64,000 nt of DNA from Oleiagrimonas citrea (GTDB lineage Bacteria > Pseudomonadota > Gammaproteobacteria > Xanthomonadales > Rhodanobacteraceae), in the NCBI RefSeq assembly GCF_012395255.1, contig NZ_JAAZQD010000002.1:453929-517928 (forward strand), in the 5' to 3' direction. Positions 40,945 to 55,467 of this stretch are shown piece by piece; the first letter of the stretch is position 1, and each line of letters begins with the position of its first letter. Made by a program: the position numbers and the translations under genes. The notes under the pieces are model-generated. The model worked only from the letters and a program-made list of their open reading frames with translations, ran no database searches and was not told the origin of the DNA.

Positions 40945-41345
40945 GTTGAAGGACGGCTCGTAAGGCGGGCACTGCGCGCTGTTTTCCGTTGCGTTTCATC
41001 TCTTAAGAGCGGTTCCGACCGGCTGGCGCCGGCCGGGTCACTTCTATTGCTTGTCCAATAGAAGTCACCAAGACAAGGACACCCCAGCGTCCGCGCCCTA
41101 CGCGCCTGCGGCGCTCCGGGTCCGCTCCGGGTTCCGGGGGTTCGTTGACAGCACCTCCTGTGCTGACGACGAACTGGCGCACATCCCTGTGCGCCACCCT
41201 ACGGGCCTGATCCTCCACCCTCCGCCGCTGCCGAAGGGGATAGGGTTGCACGCCGGAAGCCACTGCAGCATTCACTTCAAACGGTTGTAAGTGAACCTGG
41301 AACCGTTATCAACCGGAACCGTTATCAACCGAACCGTTATCCAGG
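40945..41345 (+). repeat. island-associated structured repeat, copy C (ends in 3x tandem ggaaccgttatca)
   Basis: Collinear with copy B. Hairpins are conserved with substitutions. The 3' end carries three tandem 13-bp units where B has one. Confidence 0.7.
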
Positions 41346-41455
41346 ACCATTGGGACTGCCCGCTCGGGAGATCCAGTTGCGTTAGGATTTGGCGAAGGGA
41401 ACGGGGTTAAAAGGTAATGCCGGCTCCCGTCCATGGTCGGACTAAGGGAATAACC

Positions 41456-42334
41456 ATGCCTGATACCGCAAGAATCCACATCCACGCCTTTCGAGTTTCG
41501 AAAACCGCCAACAGTGCTCACCTCGAAAATTTAATCGATAGGATCGGTCGCCACCGCCTAGAGGACCGAGTTAGGACAATCGTAACCTCCAGCGTCCGCA
41601 TTGAAAGGGTAACCACGAGGCACAACGATGCGCCTCGGGAGACCTACAAGCTAATGGACTTCGTGAGGTTTCGTGATACGCATGGTCCGGGGAAAGCGTC
41701 TCGCGATCACGCAGTTAGTGACTTCGATTTGGGTCCGGACGAATATTTCGGTGAGGAAACAGCGGCGCTCTACGTACCTGAATCGAGATGGCTGCTTGTC
41801 CAGTACAACCATTTTGGCGTTCGTCCGAATGCCATGGCGTCATATTTCAGTTACTTCGACCAACAGCAAACCAACTCTTATGAATTAAGCATCAAACTCG
41901 ACCCTGATGCTGAGCGGCGCTTCATGGAAACGAATGACGTCCGTCGCGTTGAGCTCGACCTAGATCTAACCCAGATGCGCGCGGCAGACAGGGATCGGGG
42001 GTTGGGACTTGGCACTGTTGCGCAATACGGCGCTAACCTCAACGGAGCCAAGCTGAAGCTTACCCTTTCCGTGGGCATGGACAGGAAACGTCGACTGGGC
42101 GGACAAGTTAAGGATGCCGTAACTGACATGATCCAGAACTCAGAAATGGTCACTGGGGCTCAAATCGCAGGGCGTGAGACCCCGGAAGGGCAAGTTGAGG
42201 TCATTGACCTGTTGGAAGAAAAGCTAACTGCGGAGGCCAGCATCACCATTGGCCCGGGTCGACGCTTAGACCAAGAGGAAAGATTCCGTGCCCTGATCTG
42301 GGCGCGTAACCACTGGAGAGACATCCTCAGATGA
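41456..42334 (+). CDS. hypothetical protein (292 aa), cassette gene 1 of the two-gene module
   Basis: AAGGGA RBS. ~52% GC. Soluble, no TM helices. No family I can name. Has an R-x4-H stretch (RFRDTH) and an acidic DFDLGPDE patch. Stop overlaps gene 2 (ATGA). Confidence 0.6.
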   Translation: MPDTARIHIHAFRVSKTANSAHLENLIDRIGRHRLEDRVRTIVTSSVRIERVTTRHNDAPRETYKLMDFVRFRDTHGPGKASRDHAVSDFDLGPDEYFGEETAALYVPESRWLLVQYNHFGVRPNAMASYFSYFDQQQTNSYELSIKLDPDAERRFMETNDVRRVELDLDLTQMRAADRDRGLGLGTVAQYGANLNGAKLKLTLSVGMDRKRRLGGQVKDAVTDMIQNSEMVTGAQIAGRETPEGQVEVIDLLEEKLTAEASITIGPGRRLDQEERFRALIWARNHWRDILR

Positions 42335-42756
42335 CCGAATTGCAGCGCGAACGCTTGTTCCCTTGGCTGTGGGGCGTATGCTCCGCAGCGGCGCTGCTCG
42401 TGGGTCACTATGTCTGGGGGCTCCAGATGCCTACCGGCGATTCGTACAAGTCTGCGCTCTTGACCTTGGGTGGAATATTCGCGGGCTTTATGGCGACCTT
42501 GACCGCGTTGTTGTATTCGATGCGAGACGAGACATTCGAACGACTGCGAGATTCCAAGTACCTCAAAGATCTTCTGGATTACCTCCATGAGGCTCTATGG
42601 TCCAGCTTGCTGCTGTGCTTTGTTACGTGGGTATCGTTCTGGGTGCCCGATTCGTGCTGGTTCCTTCAAGTGGTCTTGGGGGGCCTCGCAGTCTTTACCA
42701 TGGCTGCCATATTCAGGATTGCGAAGATCGCTAGTTCGTTGCTGGCTGACAGATAG
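42331..42756 (+). CDS. small 4-TM membrane protein (141 aa), cassette gene 2
   Basis: Four hydrophobic helices (LFPWLWGVCSAAALLVGHYVWGL, ALLTLGGIFAGFMATLTALLY, LLLCFVTWVSFWV, FLQVVLGGLAVFTMAAIF). Translationally coupled to gene 1. Followed by an aaaggccgcccc-gag-gggtggccttt hairpin. Confidence 0.6.
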   Translation: MTELQRERLFPWLWGVCSAAALLVGHYVWGLQMPTGDSYKSALLTLGGIFAGFMATLTALLYSMRDETFERLRDSKYLKDLLDYLHEALWSSLLLCFVTWVSFWVPDSCWFLQVVLGGLAVFTMAAIFRIAKIASSLLADR

Positions 42757-42849
42757 CTTTCTGACACAAAGTTGATCCGGACTTTCCGTACAGATGTCCG
42801 TACAACGACAAAGGCCGCCCCGAGGGGTGGCCTTTGTCATAGCGTTCAT

Positions 42850-42899
42850 TGGTGGGCGGTACAAGGATCGAACTTGTGACACCTGCCGTGTGAAGGAAG
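42850..42899 (-). other. tRNA 3'-end fragment with encoded CCA (att-site-like integration scar)
   Basis: Reverse complement reads ..CTTCACACGGCAGGTGTC-ACAAG-TTCGATC-CTTGT-ACCGCCC-A-CCA. That is a perfect T arm, 7-nt acceptor 3' strand, discriminator and CCA. No matching 5' half or D arm upstream. Confidence 0.6.
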
Positions 42900-42914
42900 G
42901 GCGCGCCAAAGATG

Positions 42915-43200
42915 ACGGGGTAGTTAGCTCGTGCCGTAACGTGCCGGTTTACGCCTCCCCTTCGATAGCGGCGGAGGGTGGAGGATCAGGCCCGCAGGGT
43001 GGCGCACAGGGATGTGCGCCAGTTCGTCGTCAGGTCAGGATGACCTGTCGACGAACCCCCGGAACCCGGAGCGGACCTGGAGGCCCGAAGGGCCGGAAGG
43101 CGCGGACGTTGGGGCGCCCTTCTTTGGTTCCTTTCTTGGGCGAACAAGAAAGGAACCCAGCCGGCGCCAGCCGGTCGGAACCGCTCTTCATCGAAGTCAT
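42915..43200 (-). repeat. island-associated structured repeat, copy D (inverted orientation, more diverged)
   Basis: Reverse complement is collinear with B/C. Hairpin 1 is replaced by a different perfect hairpin ggttcctttcttgttcgcccaagaaaggaacc, hairpin 2 by caggtcatcctgacctg. Confidence 0.65.
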
Positions 43201-43226
43201 GAACCGTCGAGAACGGTGCAGGAAGT

Positions 43227-49102
<5,876 letters not shown>

Positions 49103-49388
49103 GCGATACCTCGAAAACAGGCGGACCACCGCTAGCGTCCGGCCACAAAGGCAAGTCGCTCCTGAGCACGTACGTCGCGGTGCGTGAGGGGAACCATCAC
49201 TAAAGCACAGGGACCGCGATACGTCAAAATGACGAATGGACGTATAGACGGCTCTGGTTTCAATAACCTGCGTGCGCATCGATCCCGATTCCGGCCTTCA
49301 CGGACATCCTCTCGACCCGTACGTCTGGCACAGGCCGGCACTCCGGACGGTGTGCTAGCGTCAATCGGTCATGTCCCCGGGAATCCCC

Positions 49389-51473
49389 ATGAAGACCCAC
49401 ACTCTGCTTTCCTGCCTGCTCGCGGCCGCGTTCGTGCCGGCCGCCGCTCACGCCGACCAGCCCGCCCCCAAGGCTTCGGACGCCACCAGCGCGAAGATCT
49501 CCGCGATCCTGAAGACGCTGGGCAAGACCACGCGCTTCGGCGGCGTGGCCGTCTCGCCGAATGGCAAGACGCTGGCCTGGACCTTCCACGACAAGGACGG
49601 CGAGCACCTGCAACTGGCCGACGCCAGGGGCCGTCACGTGCGCAACGTCGGCGTCACCGGCACCGACAAGGCCTGCCGCGACATCGCGCGCCCGCACTGG
49701 TCGCCGGACGGTACCCGCATCGCCTTTCTCGGCAACTGCGGCAACGACAAGCACCCGAGCCAGGCGGACATCTTCGTCGCCGACGCCGCCGCGTCGAAGC
49801 CCGTCGCCCATGCGGTGACCAAGCTCGATGGCTACGCACACGACCTGACCTGGGCGCCGAACGGCAAGCAGTTCGGCCTGCTGTACGTGGCCGGCGATCG
49901 CCACCGCGTCGGCGCCACCGCCGCCACCAAGGCGCGCGTGGGCGTGATCGGCGTCAGCAACATCTCGCATCAGCAGTTCAACGTCGTCGGCATGGACGGC
50001 GTGCCGCACGCGGTCACGCCGAAGTCGCTGTTCGTCTATGAATACAGCTGGTCGCCGAAGTCCGACGCCGTGGCCTTCGTCGCCGCGCCGCCGCCGGGCG
50101 AGAACAACTGGTGGGTGGCCAAGCTGTACGCCCAGGACACCGCCCACGGCAGCGCGCCGCGCGTGGTGGTCGATCCGGGCACCGTGAAGGGTTCGCTGCA
50201 CGGCCTGCAGATCGCGCTGCCGCGCTGGTCGCCGGACGCCTCGCGCATCGCCTTCATCGGCGGCCTGATGAGCGATCAGGGCGCAACCGGCGGCGATATC
50301 TACGTGGTGCCGTCCCACGGCGGCGCGCCGGTCGACGTGACGCCGGGCATCCACACCTCGCCGTCGTGGCTGACCTGGACCGGCAACGACCATCTGCTGG
50401 TGGCCGCCATGGCCTCGGGCAAGACACGCATCTCGCGCTTCACCCTCGACGGCGACAAGCCCGCGCACGAGCAGCCGCTGCTGACCGACCCGTCCGGTCT
50501 CGGCGACGGCAGCGTGGCTTCGGCCGTCGCCGTGGCCGCCAACCACATGCGCTTCGCCTTCATCCGCAGCACCTTCGATCATGCGCCGGAGATCTACAGC
50601 GGTCGCTTCGCCACCGATCGTGACAACCAGCCGACGCGCATCGCCCAAGCCCCGCGCGCGGTCACGCACAAGAACAACGACCTCAAGCCGCTGTGGGGCA
50701 AGGCCGTGTCGGTGGAGTGGACCAACGAGGGTTACCACGTGCAAGGCTGGCTGCTGCTGCCGGCGAACTACGATCCGCACAAGACCTACCCGATGATCGT
50801 CAATGTGCACGGCGGCCCGGTGTGGAACGTGCGCTCGGGCTGGGGCGGCAACGGCCTGTACTCGGCGCTGGGCTACTTCGTGCTGATGCCGAACCCGCGC
50901 GGCAGCCTCGGCGAGGGCGCGGCCTACACCCAGGCCGTGCGCAAGGACATGGGCTACGGCGATCTGCGCGACATCCTCGCCGGCGTCGACAAGGTCGAGA
51001 AGCTGTACCCGGTCGACGACAAGCGCCTGGGCATCAGCGGCTGGAGCTACGGCGGCTTCATGAGCATGTTCGCGCCGACGCAGACGCATCGCTTCCGCGC
51101 CGCGGTGGCCGGCGCCGGCCTGTCCAACTGGCAGAGCTACTACGGCCAGAACATGATCGACCAGTGGATGCTGCCGTTCTTCGGCAAATCGGTCTACGAC
51201 GATCCGGCGGTGTACGCCAAGAGCTCGGCGATCAACTTCATCAAGCAGAACAAGACGCCGACGCTGGTTGTGGTCGGCGAACGTGACGCCGAATGCCCGG
51301 CGCCGCAGTCGTTCGAGTTCTGGCATGCGCTGCGCGCCATGGGCGTGCCGACGCAGCTGGTGGTCTACGCCGGCGAAGGCCACGGCTTCCACAAGATGAA
51401 GGATCGCATCGACGTGATGAAGCGTTCCGCCCACTGGTTCGCCAAGTACCTCGGTACTGGCGCCGACAAGTAA
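49389..51473 (+). CDS. S9 family serine peptidase (prolyl oligopeptidase/dipeptidyl aminopeptidase-like), secreted
   Basis: Signal peptide. Beta-propeller N-domain. C-terminal alpha/beta hydrolase with GWSYGG nucleophile elbow and Asp/His downstream. Confidence 0.85.
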   Translation: MKTHTLLSCLLAAAFVPAAAHADQPAPKASDATSAKISAILKTLGKTTRFGGVAVSPNGKTLAWTFHDKDGEHLQLADARGRHVRNVGVTGTDKACRDIARPHWSPDGTRIAFLGNCGNDKHPSQADIFVADAAASKPVAHAVTKLDGYAHDLTWAPNGKQFGLLYVAGDRHRVGATAATKARVGVIGVSNISHQQFNVVGMDGVPHAVTPKSLFVYEYSWSPKSDAVAFVAAPPPGENNWWVAKLYAQDTAHGSAPRVVVDPGTVKGSLHGLQIALPRWSPDASRIAFIGGLMSDQGATGGDIYVVPSHGGAPVDVTPGIHTSPSWLTWTGNDHLLVAAMASGKTRISRFTLDGDKPAHEQPLLTDPSGLGDGSVASAVAVAANHMRFAFIRSTFDHAPEIYSGRFATDRDNQPTRIAQAPRAVTHKNNDLKPLWGKAVSVEWTNEGYHVQGWLLLPANYDPHKTYPMIVNVHGGPVWNVRSGWGGNGLYSALGYFVLMPNPRGSLGEGAAYTQAVRKDMGYGDLRDILAGVDKVEKLYPVDDKRLGISGWSYGGFMSMFAPTQTHRFRAAVAGAGLSNWQSYYGQNMIDQWMLPFFGKSVYDDPAVYAKSSAINFIKQNKTPTLVVVGERDAECPAPQSFEFWHALRAMGVPTQLVVYAGEGHGFHKMKDRIDVMKRSAHWFAKYLGTGADK

Positions 51474-51488
51474 GTTCCGGTCGCGAGT

Positions 51489-51522
51489 CCTGCGCCGCCC
51501 GGCGCAGGACTCGCCCGCCCGC
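51489..51522 (+). terminator. perfect 12-bp-stem hairpin downstream of the peptidase gene (possible terminator/attenuator)
   Basis: gagtcctgcgcc-gcccg-gcgcaggactc. No T-run follows, so terminator efficiency is uncertain. Confidence 0.35.
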
Positions 51523-51545
51523 GGCAAACGCGGCATGATGCGCGC

Positions 51546-51968
51546 ATGGCTCGCGCCCACACTCTCAAAGCCGTCGACACCTCTACGCCCTGCCCCTGTG
51601 GCAACCTGCTCGGCTATGCACAATGCTGTCAGCCGTTGCACCGGGGCGAACCCGCACCCACCGCCGAAGCGCTGATGCGTTCGCGCTACAGCGCCTATGT
51701 GCTGCGCGACGAGGACTATCTTCTGGCCAGCTGGCACCCGTCGACCCGCCCGACCTCCTTACGTCTGGGCGTGCAGCAACCCACGCCGACATGGCTGGGG
51801 CTGAGCGTGAAGGCGCACGAAAACCAGGACGACGACCATGCCATGGTCGAATTCGTCGCCCGCTTCCGCGTCGGCGGCGGCCGCGCGCAGCGCCTGCATG
51901 AACGCAGCCGATTCCTGCGCGAGGACGGTCGCTGGTACTACCTCGACGGCGACATCCTGGGCGGCTGA
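51546..51968 (+). CDS. YchJ family protein (SEC-C motif, UPF0225)
   Basis: N-terminal CPCG..CC metal-binding SEC-C motif. Conserved ..RSRYSAYV.. and C-terminal ..WYYLDG... 140 aa. Confidence 0.7.
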   Translation: MARAHTLKAVDTSTPCPCGNLLGYAQCCQPLHRGEPAPTAEALMRSRYSAYVLRDEDYLLASWHPSTRPTSLRLGVQQPTPTWLGLSVKAHENQDDDHAMVEFVARFRVGGGRAQRLHERSRFLREDGRWYYLDGDILGG

Positions 51969-52081
51969 AGCGCAGGACGGACTGCTTCCGCCATCCGCAC
52001 GAACGTCGCGCGCTTCGGCATCTCGCGTGCACGGCGGACAACGCCCGCCCCTACGCTTTCACGCACAAGGGCAGCCTGCGC

Positions 52082-52966
52082 TCAAAATGCCTCGCGTTTG
52101 GTTACCGCCTCGATCCAGCGCTGCGCCACGACCGGCGTGGTCATGCACATGGCCTCATCGGTGACGGTGGTCACCGCGCGTTCCAGCAGGCGGATGTCGG
52201 CCTCGTGCTGGCGCGCGACGTGCGGGTCCTCGAAGAAGATCACGCGCTGGCAGCGCTGATCGAGGATGCGGTCGGCGATCTGTGCGTCGCCGCCCAGCGG
52301 ACCGCTGTTGTAGCGCACCACCCACTCCTTGTCCTTCGGCCAGCCGCGCGACCAGGCCAACTCGTTGAGGCCTTGGCCGGTGGTGCCGGTGGCCACGCGG
52401 GTGGCGAAGCGCGACAGCAGATCGAAATGCGCGCCGGCGAAGTCGAACATTTCCTGCTTCAGCGCATCGTGGGCGATCAGCGCCACGGTCTGGCGCTCGA
52501 AGGCGAACAGGCGGTCGGCGGCCGGCAGCGGCTCCAGACCCGCGTGCATGCGCTGGCACTCGATGAAGTCGATGGCGCCGGCCACCGTCGACACGAACGG
52601 CTTGTGGTGGATCACGCACTGGCGCTTGAGCGCCGCGGCCTCGGGATAGTCCGACGACGGATCGACCGGATCGATCAGGTAGATCGCGCCGTCCAGCGTG
52701 CGCGTCTCGCCCAGGCCGACCACCTCGGCCACCAGCTTCATCAGGCCACCGTGGCGGCCGTACGGATAGCGCTTGAGCGGCGGATAGCCCTGCAGCATGC
52801 CCTCGCCGAGCATCGCGTCGTAGGTGCGGCCGACCACGTGCAGTTCCATCTGCAGCGCGCGGATGCTGTCCTCGCACACGCGCAGCCAGCGATACAACGC
52901 GGCGTCGCGGTTGGCGTGATGGAGCTGGTTGACGGCGAGACCGATGCGCATGGGATAGACGTCCAT
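52082..52966 (-). CDS. protein with two tandem methylglyoxal-synthase-like (MGS-like) domains
   Basis: The C-terminal half matches MgsA (..VALIAHDALKQ.., ATGTTG, ..SGPLGGDAQIA.., ..VIFFEDP..). The N-terminal half is a more diverged copy of the same fold. Confidence 0.6.
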   Translation of the reverse strand: MDVYPMRIGLAVNQLHHANRDAALYRWLRVCEDSIRALQMELHVVGRTYDAMLGEGMLQGYPPLKRYPYGRHGGLMKLVAEVVGLGETRTLDGAIYLIDPVDPSSDYPEAAALKRQCVIHHKPFVSTVAGAIDFIECQRMHAGLEPLPAADRLFAFERQTVALIAHDALKQEMFDFAGAHFDLLSRFATRVATGTTGQGLNELAWSRGWPKDKEWVVRYNSGPLGGDAQIADRILDQRCQRVIFFEDPHVARQHEADIRLLERAVTTVTDEAMCMTTPVVAQRWIEAVTKREAF

Positions 52967-53036
52967 TCAGGCGAGCAAAGAGAAAGACTCCCCAACATGG
53001 TAGCCGCAATGCGTTGCGTGCAGGTGTCCGAAGCGG

Positions 53037-54266
53037 CTAGCCGAAGAACCAGTAGCACACGCCGATCGAGGCCAGCACGCCGGCCAGGTCGGCGATCAGC
53101 GCGCAGCCCACGGCGTGGCGCGCGCGCTGGATGCCGACCGCGCCGAAGTACACGGCCAGCACGTAGAAGGTGGTCTCGGTGCTGCCCTGCATGGTCGCCG
53201 CCAGCAGCGCCGGGAAGCTGTCGACGCCCGAGTGCTGCATGGTCTCGATCATCATCGCGCGCGCCGCGCTGCCCGACAGCGGTTTGACCAGCGCCGTCGG
53301 CAGCGCGTCGACGAAACGCGTGTCCAGATGCGCGGCATGCGCCAGCCAACGGATGCCGTCCAACGCGAAATCCAGCGCACCCGACGCGCGCAGCACGCCG
53401 ACCGCGCACAGCATCGCCACCAGGTACGGCAACAGACTCTTGGCGACGTCGAAGCCGTCCTTCGCGCCCTCGATGAAGGTCTCGTAGAGTGGCACCTTGC
53501 GCCACGCGCCGGCGATCAGGAAAGCCATGATGATGGCGAACAGCGTCAGATTGCCCAGCAGCGAGGACAACGACGCCAGCGCCGTCGCGGACAGCGTCGC
53601 CAGCAGCGCCATGAACCCGCCCAACAGCAAGGCACCGCCGCCCAGCCAGGCCAGCACGACCGGATCCCACAAGCGGATACGCTGCATCACCGACACCGAC
53701 AGCAACCCGACCAGCGACGAGGCGCTGGTCGCCAGCAGGATCGGCAGGAACACCAGGGTCGGATCGTGCGCGCCCTGCTGCATGCGATAGACGAAAATCG
53801 TCACCGGCAGCAAGGTCAGCGATGAAGCGTTCATCACCAGGAACAGGATCTGCGCGTTGCTGGCGGTATCGTTACTGGGGTTGAGCGTCTGCAACTCGCG
53901 CATCGCGCGCAGGCCGATCGGCGTGGCGGCGTTGTCCAGACCCAGCACATTGGCGGCGAAGTTCAGGCAGATCAGACCGACCGCCGGATGACCCGCCGGC
54001 ACCTCCGGCATCAGCCGCCGGAACAGCGGCCCCAGCCACCGCGCCAGCGCATCGACCAGGCCGGCGCGCTCGGCGATCTTCAGGAACCCCAGCCACAGCG
54101 CCAGCGTGCCGAACAACAGCACCATCACCTGCACCGACAGTTTGGCCATCTGGAACAGGCTTTCGACCATCGCCGCCCAGACGTCGGCATGACCGCCGAC
54201 CAGCCAGCTGGCCAGGCCGGCCATCGCCGCCGCCAGGAAGAAACCGAACCAGAGACGATTCAGCAT
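53037..54266 (-). CDS. nucleoside-recognition (Gate) domain membrane protein (fused SpmA/SpmB-like)
   Basis: ~10-TM, 409 aa. Two Gate/nucleoside-recognition-like halves. Confidence 0.65.
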   Translation of the reverse strand: MLNRLWFGFFLAAAMAGLASWLVGGHADVWAAMVESLFQMAKLSVQVMVLLFGTLALWLGFLKIAERAGLVDALARWLGPLFRRLMPEVPAGHPAVGLICLNFAANVLGLDNAATPIGLRAMRELQTLNPSNDTASNAQILFLVMNASSLTLLPVTIFVYRMQQGAHDPTLVFLPILLATSASSLVGLLSVSVMQRIRLWDPVVLAWLGGGALLLGGFMALLATLSATALASLSSLLGNLTLFAIIMAFLIAGAWRKVPLYETFIEGAKDGFDVAKSLLPYLVAMLCAVGVLRASGALDFALDGIRWLAHAAHLDTRFVDALPTALVKPLSGSAARAMMIETMQHSGVDSFPALLAATMQGSTETTFYVLAVYFGAVGIQRARHAVGCALIADLAGVLASIGVCYWFFG

Positions 54267-54305
54267 GATGCCGTCCGCAGGGAGGTCACCGACACCCGCA
54301 TGCGC

Positions 54306-54953
54306 TCAGCCGGCCAGCCGGATCGCACCGTGCACACCGGCGATGACCATCTGCGTGCCGATGACTGCCAGGATCAGGCCCATCATCCGCGTGATGACGC
54401 CGAGCGCGCTGGCGCCGATCAGGCGCACGAAGCGCTCGCCGAAGACGAACAGCAGATAGGTGATCGCGCACAACACGGCGAAGGCGACGATAGTCACCAG
54501 CATCGAAGTGACGCCATCGTCGGCCGCGAAGTTCATCGCCGTGGCGATGGTGCCGGGTCCGGCCAGAATCGGCATCGCCAACGGCGAAACCGCCACGCCG
54601 AGCTGCGCCTCGCGCGCGCCCTTGGCCTCATCGCTGCTGGGCTGATGCACCTTCGACCCGTTTCCCTGCAGCATGTGGAAACCGATCAGGAACACCAGCA
54701 GGCCGCCGGTGATGCGCAGCGCCGGCATGGTCATGCCGAACAGGTCGAAGATCAGTTTGCCGGCGACCGCGAACACCGCCACGATGACGAATGCCAACGC
54801 CAACGAACGGGCCGCGACCTTGCGCCGAGTCGCGGCATCGTCGCCATCGGTGAGTCCGAGAAAGATCGGCACGTTGGCGATCGGGTTCATGATCGCGAAC
54901 AGCCCCATGAACACCGTGACCGCATAGGCCAGTTCGTGATGCATCCCCGTCAT
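54306..54953 (-). CDS. MarC family integral membrane protein
   Basis: 6-TM, 216 aa. MarC-family N-terminal pattern (..FMGLFAIMNPIANVPIFL..). Confidence 0.8.
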   Translation of the reverse strand: MTGMHHELAYAVTVFMGLFAIMNPIANVPIFLGLTDGDDAATRRKVAARSLALAFVIVAVFAVAGKLIFDLFGMTMPALRITGGLLVFLIGFHMLQGNGSKVHQPSSDEAKGAREAQLGVAVSPLAMPILAGPGTIATAMNFAADDGVTSMLVTIVAFAVLCAITYLLFVFGERFVRLIGASALGVITRMMGLILAVIGTQMVIAGVHGAIRLAG

Positions 54954-55020
54954 TGCGCGCTCCCCAGAGCAATCTCCATCCGCGCGCATCATAGCGTGCG
55001 AGCGCGGCGAAACCTCGCAG

Positions 55021-55404
55021 CTAGAAGCGGCCGGCCGCCTGCAACGCCGCGACCTCGTCATCGGTGAACAGGCGCGAGCGGATGTGGAAGCGCGTCCCGG
55101 TGCCGTTGTCCAGCGAGAACATGCCACCCTGCCCGGGCACCACATCGAGAGTGAGCTGGGTGTGCTTCCAGTATTCGTACTGCGAGGGACTCATGTAGAA
55201 CGGCGCGCCGGCCACCTCGCCCAGCAGCACGTCGCGATCGCCGACGATGAAATCGTCCTGCGGGTAGCACATCGGCGACGACCCGTCGCAACAGCCGCCG
55301 GACTGGTGGAACAGCAACGGCCCGTGCTGCGCGCGCAGCTCCTCGATCAGGGCCGTGGCGGCCCCGGTGACCCGAACCCGCTCGGGCGGAAGCGATGCGG
55401 ACAT
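55021..55404 (-). CDS. DUF779 domain protein
   Basis: 127 aa with the conserved GGCCDGS..MCYP motif. Downstream of and co-oriented with the aldehyde dehydrogenase gene. Confidence 0.75.
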   Translation of the reverse strand: MSASLPPERVRVTGAATALIEELRAQHGPLLFHQSGGCCDGSSPMCYPQDDFIVGDRDVLLGEVAGAPFYMSPSQYEYWKHTQLTLDVVPGQGGMFSLDNGTGTRFHIRSRLFTDDEVAALQAAGRF

Positions 55405-55467
55405 GCGGATACCCTTTTCGAAAGGTCGCCGACCGGCAGCGAAAACCCGGCCGGCGACCGCTTCCGA

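Noticed and set aside
41300-41345. Possible CRISPR-like array (direct 13-bp repeats)
   Set aside because: Only three contiguous units with no spacers. No cas genes anywhere in the window. This is a tandem duplication within the island repeat.
38575-43200. Integron (attC-flanked cassette array)
   Set aside because: Repeats are ~300-400 bp, far longer than attC sites. One is inverted. No R/L core-site pattern (GTTRRRY) and no intI nearby. The cassette-like organisation is real but not integron-type.
49260-51737. 825-aa ORF antisense to the S9 peptidase gene
   Set aside because: Shadow ORF. The peptidase with signal peptide and catalytic motifs is on the plus strand.
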